A stretch of DNA of 64,000 nucleotides, taken from the NCBI GenBank assembly GCA_977862235.1, contig OZ374558.1, positions 372,001-436,000 on the forward strand, read 5' to 3'. Each line of letters opens with the position of its first letter. Position 1 is the stretch's first letter. The notes beneath the pieces are model-generated. The model was not told the DNA's origin. It made no database searches and saw nothing but the letters and a program-made list of their open reading frames with translations. The position numbers and the translations under genes are program-made. This DNA comes from Dudresnaya verticillata. Taxonomy: Eukaryota. Positions 11,982-23,161 of this stretch are shown here, piece by piece.

Positions 11982-13757
11982 TTAGCTCTGTTTCCTTTGA
12001 TCTTGGGCAGAGCTGCCCTGCATAGAAATCCATGCCTCTAGCTGAACCTTGACTGTTCCAGCATCAATCGTGGGGTGAACTCCTTCGAACTGTTCCACGG
12101 CCTTGACCGCTTCCTCAAGCTTTCTCGCCATCTTGTCTCCGAAAGCACGATACTTGAAGACTCTTTTTTCTGGCTTCTCAAGGAAAATGAACTGCAAAGC
12201 AGGCATATTTTCCCCAACCAGCTCCAGGAACTTTGGCAGCCGCCTAATGAAACGAGGGTTCCACTCACAGGAGAAATACCCCACTTGGTAGTTTGCAATA
12301 TTTTGTGGTGGCTTCATGTGGATGACGCGAAGGTTGCCACAGGCGGCGAGAAACTCCATGAATTCCTCTGTACCGGTTGAAGTCCATTCAATGATTTCGC
12401 TGGACACTTCGAGAATGGAAATGCTTCTCGCCTTCGACAGAATTGCAGTAATCACCGTGAAGGCCTTCTGCGGACTCATCAGCATGTGCGAAATGTTCAG
12501 TCCAAAGCGAATTTCCAAGCGCCGGATATTCTCAGACCCTTGACCAATTACGCCCAGGGCTGTGTTCTGGAGCGTCTCGGAGCAGTTCAAAAACGTGGTC
12601 ATCGTTGCAGACGTATCGATCTGCAAGATGTAAGCATCGCGAACTTCACTAAGGCATGCCTCCGCTTGTCCGCTCCTGACCTTCGTCATGATTGTCTGCA
12701 AAGAAATCGAACGATTCTTGCAAGACTTGACTCCGCTACTGAGCGAAGGAATTGTAGTGACCCTTCCGTCGGCTGTCTCAAATTCAAACTCAGTAGCATA
12801 ATCGAAGAAAGACGAATCCTCGGCAAGCTTACATTTCATCCGCTGCAAAAAGTTGTCCAGATACTCATCGTTCTCATTGGTGAAGTGCTCCAACCCGTCA
12901 AGATCTTTGCGAGCAAACTCTTCCAAGTATATCAGGAAATGTTGCACGGCAGCGCTTGACAAAGAGCGACACCATGGTGATATGATTCCTCCTCCCATAT
13001 CTGCCAAGTCGAGGCCAACAAAGATACGCTTTAGGGTCACACCGCGCCCGCTTCGACGCCTTATCCAGTTCCTCAGACGCAGCATTCCTCCCACCTCCTG
13101 GAGTAGACCCGAGGGTACCCTGCGAAGCACGATGTGTTCCAAAGCATTCATACCTTTACCAATCTCATGAATCAGTTCCCGGCCAGGAGACCGGACCTCA
13201 AGCTTGACGAGATTCATTGCTTGGGATAGCTGCTTTGCGACACTGGCGTTCACCCTGCCGCCGTCGACAAACGCCAGTTCCTTGACGCCGCTGAAAATGC
13301 AGGGCACGGAAGACAATATGTCTGTAAGACGATCTGCGTCAAGATTCACAGGAAGCCTGAAGATTCTCAACGATGTACCGGCAACCTTCTCAATGTGTTG
13401 AAACTGCTCGGCGGACGGGAACGGGACGGGATGGGATGGGGGGTCTTCGAGTGTGGCGGGCTGAATGGCATCAATGACCTGCCAAGCGGTGCTGTATATG
13501 CCCTTGGCGACTTCCAGAAGTTGAGTGCTTGTTGCAGCTAGGGCGAAAGAATCGACGAAATCTCTGAGGGTTCGGCGGTTGAGAACTTCGCAAGGCGGGT
13601 GTAGACGCTCGAAGATGTCCTGAATAATGTCATTGGGAAGGTCGAGAATGGTGGTCTGCCTGGGTGTTGCCTTGTCACTGGAAAGGGCAGGACGGTTGCT
13701 GTAGCGGATGCGCTTGGCTTCGGGTGGATCTGTTTCGGGAAGCGTTCGGGCGGTCAT
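11982..13757 (-). CDS. F-box protein with degenerate LRR/RNI-like C-terminal region, copy 1
   Basis: 591-aa ORF. N-terminal TILDLPNDIIQDIFERL is an F-box motif, preceded by NLS-like AKRIR. LxxLxL-type strands follow (LVKLEV, LEHIVL, IRRLEI, LRVIHM, LQFIFL). Confidence 0.75.
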   Translation of the reverse strand: MTARTLPETDPPEAKRIRYSNRPALSSDKATPRQTTILDLPNDIIQDIFERLHPPCEVLNRRTLRDFVDSFALAATSTQLLEVAKGIYSTAWQVIDAIQPATLEDPPSHPVPFPSAEQFQHIEKVAGTSLRIFRLPVNLDADRLTDILSSVPCIFSGVKELAFVDGGRVNASVAKQLSQAMNLVKLEVRSPGRELIHEIGKGMNALEHIVLRRVPSGLLQEVGGMLRLRNWIRRRSGRGVTLKRIFVGLDLADMGGGIISPWCRSLSSAAVQHFLIYLEEFARKDLDGLEHFTNENDEYLDNFLQRMKCKLAEDSSFFDYATEFEFETADGRVTTIPSLSSGVKSCKNRSISLQTIMTKVRSGQAEACLSEVRDAYILQIDTSATMTTFLNCSETLQNTALGVIGQGSENIRRLEIRFGLNISHMLMSPQKAFTVITAILSKARSISILEVSSEIIEWTSTGTEEFMEFLAACGNLRVIHMKPPQNIANYQVGYFSCEWNPRFIRRLPKFLELVGENMPALQFIFLEKPEKRVFKYRAFGDKMARKLEEAVKAVEQFEGVHPTIDAGTVKVQLEAWISMQGSSAQDQRKQS

Positions 13758-14551
13758 TGCGGGCTTTGGAGAAGAAGAAGAAGGGAGGAAAGGCCTTGTT
13801 CGTCGTAGCTGGGAAAAGTGTAGGATGACCTACGTCGTTAGTTGAACGCCGCTACTCCATTCAACTGCGGTGCCGCTGATCTCATTCTGAGAGACTGCAC
13901 AGAAACTGTTCCGGAAGACCTGGCAGACCGAGAGCTCTCTTTGCCACGATCAGAGTTGGCGCGAAGCAAAAGGGGTAGTTGCCCGACGACGTCGGGCGGG
14001 AATGTCAGGCAGCAGAGTGATCAATCACAGCGCCGAAACGCGGTGATTCTTGACGAAAGCCAATCGGCTGCCTCGAAGCAACAGCCCCACGTCATCCTGA
14101 GGTGTGCGCGATTTTAATAAAAAACACAATTTTCACTTGAACGAGTTTTTGCATGACAGGCAGTGGCTGTGAGTGGCGTCGAGTACGGTGCCCCTCCTAG
14201 CGGCTTTGAGGATGCCTCTCCCTCAGAAACAGATCCAAGCGCCCCCATCTTCGCACTAAGCTTTTGGAGATGAGCAGTGAGAAAGATGCACTTCTCCATT
14301 TACTCTTGACGCCAGTGTGGACTAATTTGAAGAATAAGGCACGGGACAGCGCGAATTTCCATCTCGTTCTGACAATAGTCAAGCTGCTCTGTCTTGAAAC
14401 TATTATTAATATCGAGGAAGGATGGCCTCAATGTCAATATTGCACCTTTGCCAATCCGTCAATGCTTTACTTCTGTACTCTGTGGATGTTCCTAGCATAG
14501 TTACAAAAATGAACATACATGGAATTAACAATGCACTCGAACAGCGCAGGT

Positions 14552-15256
14552 CTCCTCTCCTGCGCTAGAAGATCGTGCAACAGAGCTCCTGCGCTGCGCT
14601 ACAACGTCTCGCCGGCTTAGCAGCGCTTCCTGCCTCCTGGCATGCCCAAAGAACGCTTTCTACCTTCCAGGCCACGCCGCGTATTGCTTGCTGGGATGCA
14701 TCCCAACAATCCCGAACGCGGCGAGAAATCCGCGACTTGCTGCTACAGGAATGGCGTGCGGCGATATCTGGTCGACGTCCTGCCCCGGTGTACAAATCGC
14801 ATCGATTACCACCAGCCCTGGAGCTACCAAACCACAGCGACAGGAAACTAGCAATCCGTTGGCACCTGCGGACGTTCCCTATCCCGCTGCCCTGCCCAAT
14901 TGCCCGCGAGGAAGTTCGACCCTTCGCCCAATCTCTCCAAGCCCTGTCGCTCCCAGAATCACTCGTCGCTGATCTCTGCGCAACCTCCGATACAATCTCA
15001 TCTATCCGGGATGCCTGCAGCCAAGAGTTTCCCCTGTCTACTGGGAAGTATCCCACTCACAACCCAGTCGGTCCCCACGTAACTGATCCATTTCCGAAGG
15101 ATAGCCCCACCCCCTTTACCGATGATAGGATAACTTTTAATGGACGTGATTAAGAATAACCTTAACAACTGTTGTCTTACCTTACCGGTGTGCTTGCCCA
15201 TGGGCCATCGCCGCCCGCACAAGACCACCCTAAACAACCATTAAAACCAAACATCA
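14552..15256 (+). mobile_element. 5'-truncated LINE remnant (3' end), copy 1
   Basis: Translation SPLLR*KIVQQ...LQRL...SWHAQRT matches the LINE at 38798 (PPLLRQRALQ...LQRR...SWQARHT). EWRAAISGRRPAP...KLAIRWHLRTFP matches the LINE at 33965 (SWEGLCRQRRRRIP...DAGIRWYCGSFP). Possible CAGGT target-site duplication. Confidence 0.7.
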
Positions 15257-15413
15257 CAGGTGGCTTCACGTTCGCACGGGATCACTCTTTGAAGAGAAGG
15301 AACGTTCGGTGGGTACAAGCATAAATTGGGTTCCGGTTCAATCTGAAGCAGAAAGACGGATTCTAGATACGCATCAGGTGCTTGGCGCTGTTGATGGCCA
15401 TTGACGCCCGAAC

Positions 15414-15797
15414 CTAGAGCGCATGGCTGCACGAGGTTGGAATATTGGAGCAATGGCACTTTGGCTTATCACCGGTCTTAGCGCGACAGAAGCAGCTACC
15501 ACCTATGCTCTTGCACGTGGCCTTGCACCGAGCAGCACTGTAGCAGGATTTGGAGCCACCCGTGGTGGTGATGCAGCACTTCTTGAACAGGCCCTTCTTG
15601 GTGGAAGACGCAGTGACGCGTGCCACACTATTGAGACATTTCGAGCCGTAGCGGCCTGCACCACATACACTTACACAACCGCGGACGGGGTTGGAGCACG
15701 TCATTGAGGCGTGGTATCTCTTCCAGGCTTGTATCTGAGAGACGCACAGCGAAAGCGTCAGGAAGAGTGCGATTGTTTTGCTGAGAGAAAAGGACAT
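15414..15797 (-). CDS. Small secreted cationic cysteine-rich protein (defensin/antimicrobial-peptide-like), copy 1
   Basis: 127 aa. Signal peptide MSFSLSKTIALFLTLSLCVSQIQA; 14 Cys in the Lys/Arg-rich mature part; CxxxC and CxC motifs. Confidence 0.8.
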   Translation of the reverse strand: MSFSLSKTIALFLTLSLCVSQIQAWKRYHASMTCSNPVRGCVSVCGAGRYGSKCLNSVARVTASSTKKGLFKKCCITTTGGSKSCYSAARCKATCKSIGGSCFCRAKTGDKPKCHCSNIPTSCSHAL

Positions 15798-15912
15798 CTT
15801 GAGGTGTGTCAGATGCTAGTTGTAGAGACTTGGAGATGAGCCGTTGGATTGATTTCGACTGTTTCGGTGTTGTCGTTTTGAAAAAGGAGAGATCGGTTAC
15901 ACCTGTCCCGGC

Positions 15913-15919
15913 ATTTATA
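15913..15919 (-). promoter_or_regulatory. Candidate TATA box of the secreted peptide gene
   Basis: Minus strand reads gTATAAATg about 120 nt upstream of the ATG. Present in all three copies. Confidence 0.35.
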
Positions 15920-15945
15920 CCATTCCATAGTCGGAGCATGAGCAA

Positions 15946-15963
15946 TAAAGTTGTGATGATGAT
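15946..15963 (+). mobile_element. 18-bp CRE-type LINE tail insertion with 12-bp TSD (also 28093-28110 and 44080-44097)
   Basis: GAGCATGAGCAA-taaagttgtgatgatgat-GAGCATGAGCAA. The insert equals the 3' terminus of the element at 30219-31978. Confidence 0.75.
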
Positions 15964-16610
15964 GAGCATGAGCAAGAAATCCGCCGATCAAGAGGACATT
16001 CGGCTTTGTATTGGAACCAAACATTTTTCGCAATCCCTATCTAGATTGTAACGCTTCATCCTCAAGGCCACAACGTGGAAGCTCTTCCCTGCGACAAGAC
16101 AGAAAATTGAGGTTTGCAGGTTTGTGGTGAGGCTAGTGTCGAGAAGGATACTCAGACGTTTCAGCAAAGATCCTGGTTGCAATCGACGTAGCAACCCGCC
16201 GGGGTTATCAAGTTTGTAATCAATGTCTTAAAGGGTGGGGCTGTGGCATCGATTGTTGCTGGTTCAAGGAAAGTGCGGCACAGACGACTCGCACGGTGGG
16301 CAAATAAGCATTTTGGTTGCAGGGATTGTGACTGCTAATGACACTCAAACCAAATCGCATCACTCTGCGCGAAGCATAGTGCAATTTCTTTTACAATTTT
16401 CGTCATCCGAGTGCGATGGCATTGCCTAAAAAGGTGCCTCGCTGCCGTGCCGCCGTGTTGCTTGTTGATTTGCGGACATCCACAAGCTGAGTGGTAAACT
16501 CAGCTTAGTCAGAGATGACACGATGTGGATGGGTTGTTGCTGGCAAGGATGGTTCAGGCCTTTCCGTGATGTCATGGAGCCAACTCGCAGGAAGGGTTGT
16601 CAACAACCCC

Positions 16611-16771
16611 ATCATCATCATCACAACTTTATTGAAGCAAGACGAACAGCGGAAACCCTAATGACTTAGCCGCTGATGACTACTGGAAGGCCTGGACTAA
16701 CGGGACGTCGACGATTCACGGCGAGGGCGGTGAGCTGGAGAATGCGGGAAACCAGTGGTGAAACTAACGAA
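16611..16771 (-). mobile_element. 161-bp 3' fragment of the CRE-type LINE with 10-bp TSD (also 28758-28918 and 49270-49430)
   Basis: Reverse complement of ~31811-31971 including the (GAT)n tail, flanked by CAACAACCCC on both sides. Confidence 0.9.
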
Positions 16772-18438
16772 CAACAACCCCTGCTGCAAGCTGGTTCCAG
16801 TAGACCCAGCCTTAGGTTAGGGCTTAGGATAGGTCTACTAGAGCCAACTCACGACACACACACATATTCCTTGTGGACATTGGATTTTTATCCTCCGCAT
16901 TGTTCGGATATCAGACAACATACTTAACCGTTCTGTCTGCATATTTTCTAAAGGGTGTTACTTGTTCTTCTTATCTTTGAAGCAGCAAGTAATTTATATC
17001 TATGCCAACATTCGTCGCCAACATTCGTCCCAATAACGTTTTCTCCTCTCCTTTCCGAGCGACAGATCCCAATAAATTGTACCCCTCAATAAATAAATAT
17101 TTGCGGTCACTCTTTCCATTTTGCAGAACGTCATTGCAGCTAGACACGTTCTTTTTCAATATTTATTGAGGGACAGAATATGTGTTGCAATAACCCTTTC
17201 GAACCAACTGTGTTAACACAACGGGTTTATGACTAACGCAATGCGAAAACTGAACCTTCAATATAAATATAAATTTATTGCATTGCGTGCCTACCCTTGA
17301 CACAATACGAATTGAATATATCCCAGACACTACAAAAATGTTATCCCCCTATGAAGCTGTCTATTTAAAGCACGGGCTTTTTTCACGCTCAGAAGTACTG
17401 TTCTAATAACTCCTTGATCTCTAGAAAGAGACATAGTTTCTAGACTTAAAGCTCCAACATTGATATCTATTTCTGGGACAACTGCAAAACTAGAGCGAGA
17501 TGCCATCCATATCAGTTTATTGAACAAGGAAACCCTCTGGTTGTGTCCCCTGGCGAAGTTCTGTCACCATCGCAGCCATGCCTGTCAATTGGATCTGAAA
17601 TCCAACAACCATCCACAGAAGTTTTTGATATGGAAAGAATGTTTTCCGGTTGGAAACAAGTCAAGCTACGGTAACAGAGATGTTCTCTTTTTATTTCTTG
17701 TCTAGGGTGGTCCTATGCGGGCAAATAGGGCCCATGGTGGGCAATAACGTATACAGACGTAGAAGCGTGCCAAGAATGCCAAGAGTGCTGTTCTTTTCAA
17801 TTTTCGTCGCACCAAAAAACGAGAGAGGACCCGTGGCCGTCAAGACACTACCCCGTACAAGGGGTAAGGGGACTCGGACCAACCAGCTTCCAGAAACACC
17901 AAGTCCTGCTTGCTGAAAAGGATGAGATACGTAAAGAAAATCAAGAGAAGACTTCTCCGCCGTCGGGGCGATAACCTTCCAGAAAGCAACAAAGTTTGCA
18001 ATGTGATCTGGTGCTTTTCTCGCCTGCTGACGCGAACTCGGAACGTGTAAGGTTGCGAAAGCACTTCTTCAATGTTCTAAGTGTTGAAATGAAGTGGCTT
18101 CCGAAGGCCAAAACGTTTTGTACCCTGGACTCTTTCTATGGGAGAGAAGTAAAGAGAGCATCATCAGCCAATGCTCAGCTGAGAAACCAGGTGCATGTAT
18201 TCAAGAAAAAATCCCGTCCTTGCTTGGAAGAAGAGCACTCCATATGATCAATGTGTGTGTGTGTCACTATATCAGTAACTATCCGACAGAAGGCATCTAG
18301 AGCCGTCTATATAGGCATAATGAAATCGTAGTTCTTCCAGCGGAAGACAGTTGTTACACAGTGCTTGTTTCATGTCTTGGAACACATGCTATTGCATGTG
18401 ACAGTAACAGACACTAAGAACCAAGAGCAGTCACTCGT

Positions 18439-19130
18439 CTACCGTCCGCCGTACGCCTCCGCCTTCATCATCCCACAAATGAACACTGATGCCGACATCC
18501 AGACCTTCTTCTCAGCAACTTGCCATTTTGCATTTTCCGCAAACAAGTTGCGCAGTTGCACAATTTGCCCAAGCACATCTCGCATTGCCCCCTTCACCTT
18601 CTGTAGCTTCCTGCATTGTTTCAAAACTGCCACACCCATTAGCAAACCTCCTGTCCCACCAGATCCGGAAATCATGGCGATCCGAAATCCTTGCTGCCAC
18701 CAATACCGCCTGCGGGCCCTCTGCAACTCGTTTACCTTTCTTTTCAGCGCGACTAGCCGGTCACATGCCTCCTCCACGCAGCATATCCTTGCTTCTGACA
18801 ACGCCCGAATTTGGATTCGTTTTGCCGTATCGCAGAAAGACCCAATAGGAGGGAGAATTTGTTGCATTGGAAATGTTTGCTTGGAAAGGCCTGTGTCGAA
18901 GAGCGCAGTGGCACAGACCATATTTCTTGGAGAAGCGAAGGGAGTTCTTCTCTTGCTGGATGAACGATTTGGTACGTGCTTTGTGTTCAGGAATTGATCG
19001 GCCCATGTAGCGGTTATGCATATGAGTATGCCTGGTTGTGTACACTGATGCACGAGCTTTTAAGCCGTTTCCTGACCCTGGAGTGCCCGCTACGAAAACT
19101 GAACGATTGATACTCATGCTCATACTTTCA
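18439..19130 (-). pseudogene. Possible degenerate gene: P-loop-like fragment followed by a 160-aa ORF with a coiled coil and a Gly-rich hydrophobic segment (also 32344-33028; internally deleted in copy 1)
   Basis: SVFVAGTPGSGNG resembles a Walker A motif with K>N. It is out of frame with MVCATALF...LVALKRKVNELQRARRR...ISGSGGTGGLLMGVAVL (ATG 18921). Confidence 0.25.
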
Positions 19131-21970
19131 TCGGAAAAGTGATCTGGTCACAGTGTACGTTTGCCGCCAGCCCGCATTCCGGGCTCTTCAGAGTGAGGCG
19201 TTTTTGGGCACAGGGCGAAACGACCTGCGCCTCACTGGGCGCTGTCAACAGTGTGGACGAAGCCCTTTGTAATGCGATTCTGCGCTGTAATGGACTTTTG
19301 GCGCGCCGTCGTGCGTTCTGCTCGTCGGCGAAATTTCTACAAGAAGGGGCAGCCGGCGTCAAGACGGGAGAGGAGAGAGAGAGCTCAACATAACATCGCG
19401 ATCAGCATCCACCACAGAGGGGAACCCAGGGAGGGAACCTGCAGCCATCGCCGGCCTACATTGCCCGGCTCTGGGGCACAGTCCCTAGCGGCGAGGTGAC
19501 CTGTTGCTGCGGTTGGCAACCTCGGCCTGCCTGGTCGGGCAGTGAATTAGCCCTCTGAGCGGTGAGTGATGACGACGGATGGGTGTGGCCTTTTTGCGTG
19601 CTCATCTGCAAGCGCCCTGAGGTATGAGCATCCACAAGGGACATAGACTCGTGTGTGTCTGCTACGGGTATTACCGCCATGTGTCTACAATTCCTTGACG
19701 CTCTGGCCAAGTCTCATCACCCACTGCTTCTTGGCAAGCTACTGCAACGCTGCATTTCTGCGCTGCAAGGACATGCCAAGCAGCAGGGGTACCCGGCTTT
19801 GTACTGTATACATGCCCTTCGTAGTCATATATCGGCGAAAGTGGAGTACAAAGAGCAGGTCCCAGGTAGACGATTACCCAAGCTTCTGTTTTGTCTGCCA
19901 TCTCCGGGTATAGCGTTCTCCCCTATCTGACAGCCGAACTGCTCCGATTCAAACTTCTCCTCGCTCCGCCTCTGCACGCCGTCATGCTAACCATCACGAT
20001 CGTAAGCTCGCGATTTGCTGACACCTCTGGATGTGCCCCATTCCTCCGCTTTCTGACAATTCTTTCTCTGTCGGCCCCTCCCGCCTTTGACTCAACTGTT
20101 CTCTATCTTCAGTTTCGGGTTTCATAGGGTCCGACTCAGACCGTCCGAGCAGACAACGTTTCCATAACATACCGGCTGCCATCCATACCCTTTTTGCGCT
20201 ACGCGCTTTACCTCTACTTGCGCCAGTAGGTTTCTCTCCCTGAAAAGTCGCCCGGTTTTTGTTTTAGCATGGGTCTACTGTGTCCTTGTGGGTTGGAATG
20301 GGCCGTGGGCGTTGGGTAGCTACGAGGACTCACCTTAAACTGTTTCCAGAATATTCATCGCGAACGGCATTTGTATACTCGTGTCACGGTCCTACTACGG
20401 CTGGTACCGATGATTGCAATCTGACCCAGAACTGGCAAGTTTCATGCATCTAGTGAACCTTTGTGGTGGTCGCAGGGGGATCTGGGATATGCAAACTACG
20501 GAATAGGGGCAGGACCAGTACTGAGACCACATTGGTTGACACCTACGGAACCACACTGGCGAAGGAAACAATGCAGGTAGAATGTATGGGGTTTCGACAA
20601 CTAGGCTTGTCCCTTTCTTGGAGAGAGAGAACCTTTGTATGTACAAGCACAATAGGGACGTTACCTCGTCCCAGAGGCTACAGGGCCAAGAGAGAGTGCA
20701 AGGCGACGGCGGTTGGTGGCTAAGACTGATGGCGTAGCAAATGAAATATAAACCGGAAAGAAAGCGCTTGGCTTTTATCAGACGGGATACTGCTGGTGCA
20801 TTCGGCTGTATAGGAACCAATACCCCCAAGAACTTGGCGAGCGCCAGGCCCCACAGCGCCATAAGTATCTTGCTATTCCTGAGTAAAGTTAATCTCTCTC
20901 TCTGTCTCTATCTCTCTCCATAGGTATCGACACCAATGGCATAGAAGTCCATCCCCTCAGCATCGGTAAGATCCCGATAGTGGACGTGTTTCGGGCGTTC
21001 AGCTAAGCCATGTCACCAGCACCAAATTTGCACGAGGAGGTGCGGGAGTAAATCTGTAGCAAAAGGAGCCGCAACAGTGAGATCGAATGCCTCAGACCTG
21101 GTACATGGGTTGAAAGTGCCCTTACGACGACGACGAGGGAGCGGGAGATGAAGCTCAGCTCAGAGACCCAGTTTGCGAGTTCCAACGCATGATCGCAGAA
21201 AAGGGCTACTCGGAAAAGGCATGCATGTTCCGTCCTTTGGCTCGCAGTTGATGCAGAGGGAAGAGAAAAACGAACCAAGAGCTTTCGTTTGTTCCACCAT
21301 TTACAACAACACTTGTTGTGCTGGTCTGCCTGGATAGGAAGGGCAGGTCGAATTGATAGCCCATATTACAGCAGACGAGTAGGCATCGAAAGGTGTCGGT
21401 GTCCGGAGAGGTATGGAGAAGCGAGGGGTGAATGATAAAGCAGATAGGGTACTCGGTCACGATGTACTCGGCCATGAGATACCTTGTCAAGGAGCGGGTG
21501 AGTGTCTGGGCTTTGCTTGTTGCTTTTCCATCTTCGCGTTTTTTCTGAGAATTCTGAGATGGACCGCTGCGGGCCACCGGTCCGCGGAGCAACTCGAGGC
21601 CTGTTTTTAGAAAAGCACTTTTCTCTCGCGGGCTTCCTTGGTTTTACTGACGGCAGCGTCGTGGCAAATGGCGGTAATTGCGTTCTGTGTGCTGAGATCC
21701 ACACGACCGACATAGTCCATACGACATGCACGCTGCGCGACGAGCGGTTCGTGGTTGGAAGAGTCCCCAGTCTGTTGCGATACACCCGCTCCTGGTTGTC
21801 CAGCTTCGGAAAAACGATCACCGCCACCCACCCCGTGCTCACGTTTGCTCTGCTCATTCCTCCTGTTTGTCTCCTCCAAGCATCCTATCGTCGTCCGTTT
21901 GGCTTTCCCATCTTACATTTATTGTGAACTTTGAGAGCCCTCGCCTCTTGCTCTCAAGTGAGCAGCAGCG

Positions 21971-23161
21971 ATGAATAACTATCATGCTCCTCGATCATCG
22001 GGAAATGAATTCTCAGCAATGAACCTATCAGACCGTTTTCAAGTTCATTTCGACTCGGCTATGATGATTCTTGGAGAGGAGAACAAGGATTGCCTGCATC
22101 TACTAATGAAGATCCCGGGCACGGGGACTGCAAGCCAAACTGTTTCAGCCAGGATGACCAGGCAGTTTATTGAAAAGCTTTACATGGACAAAGATCGGCT
22201 TGAGGTTGTCAAAGCCGTTGCAGAATTCATTTGGGACCCAAAAAGCAAGCGTCAAGGACTTCGAAGCTCTTTTGAAGCGTACTGTTGGGCTGTGCGACTG
22301 TACGAAAATGTTTTGGACTACCAGGAAGATAGAGATGCCAGCTTAAAGTTGGCTCATCTACAGGAAATAGGTTACTACGGGCAGTATACAGAGTTAAGCA
22401 TGGCCGCAAACATTTACAGCAGAATCATTCGCGAGGGTCAGGATTTCGATGGCTCAATCATGTGCCATTTCGGGAAAATGCTTCTGGAGAAGTCTCGGCC
22501 GCACGCTGATGTTACTACGGAAGTTAGAGACTTGTACAGGAGAGCTGTAGAAGACAAAGGAAACCTGGAAGCATGTTATCGCCTTGCTTGCTTGATTCAG
22601 GATCGGCCAAGAAGCACTGATGACGAGAAGGAGAATGAAAAAGGGCTTCTAGAACGTGTTGTTAGTGCTGCGAAAACCCGTGGTGGGGGAGGTACGAGTA
22701 GCTTCATTTCTGACACAAAGTACCGTTTGGCTGAGTTTCTATTCCGGGCCGATAAGAAGGCAGCCGTTTCGCTTCTGCAAGAATCATTCGCCAAGGAGCA
22801 CCATGTCAAGGCAAAGCTGAGATTGGCAAATCTTCTGAGTGAAGGCTGTGTGGAGTTTGAAAAGGATGAGGCGCGAGCTACTGCCCTTTGCAAGCAGGTC
22901 CTGGAGACAGAAAGGAACGCGGAAGCACTGTTCATTCTGGGGTTCTTAGAGAAGAACATCAAAACTGCATCAACGTTCATTGTTGCCGGTCTTCTTGATG
23001 ATCACAACCATGAAGCGGTTGTGTCCCTAGCTCAAATGTTCTCAGTACGACAAGAGAGTATGGGAGCAACGAGTGCACTACAAGACGACGTACAAACCGG
23101 GAAACGACAAGGTTCGGAAGGAAATGGACACTCTCAGCTCAAGAAGAGCAGAATGAATTGA
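21971..23161 (+). CDS. SEL1-like repeat protein, copy 2
   Basis: Translation identical to 9826..11016. Confidence 0.75.
   Translation: MNNYHAPRSSGNEFSAMNLSDRFQVHFDSAMMILGEENKDCLHLLMKIPGTGTASQTVSARMTRQFIEKLYMDKDRLEVVKAVAEFIWDPKSKRQGLRSSFEAYCWAVRLYENVLDYQEDRDASLKLAHLQEIGYYGQYTELSMAANIYSRIIREGQDFDGSIMCHFGKMLLEKSRPHADVTTEVRDLYRRAVEDKGNLEACYRLACLIQDRPRSTDDEKENEKGLLERVVSAAKTRGGGGTSSFISDTKYRLAEFLFRADKKAAVSLLQESFAKEHHVKAKLRLANLLSEGCVEFEKDEARATALCKQVLETERNAEALFILGFLEKNIKTASTFIVAGLLDDHNHEAVVSLAQMFSVRQESMGATSALQDDVQTGKRQGSEGNGHSQLKKSRMN

Larger units (their letters stand above)
6577..18260. repeat. Tandem segmental duplication, copy 1 (first ~2.5 kb diverged, remainder near-identical to copy 2)
   Basis: gtgtcactatatcagtaactatc begins at 6577, 18261 and 32166. 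The ORF set of 9221-18064 recurs at offset +12145/12147. Confidence 0.95.

Noticed and set aside
16810..16832. Telomere-like ttaggttagggcttagg
   Set aside because: Too short and degenerate to support an interstitial telomere.
6577..18260. The 12-kb unit as a Helitron or other self-mobile element
   Set aside because: No Rep/helicase or transposase, and no TC...CTAG termini with hairpin at the junctions. Homology-driven duplication suffices.
16853..18265. Inverted (CA)n/(TG)n ends suggesting a 1.4-kb TIR element
   Set aside because: Only dinucleotide microsatellites, with variable length between copies and no TSD.
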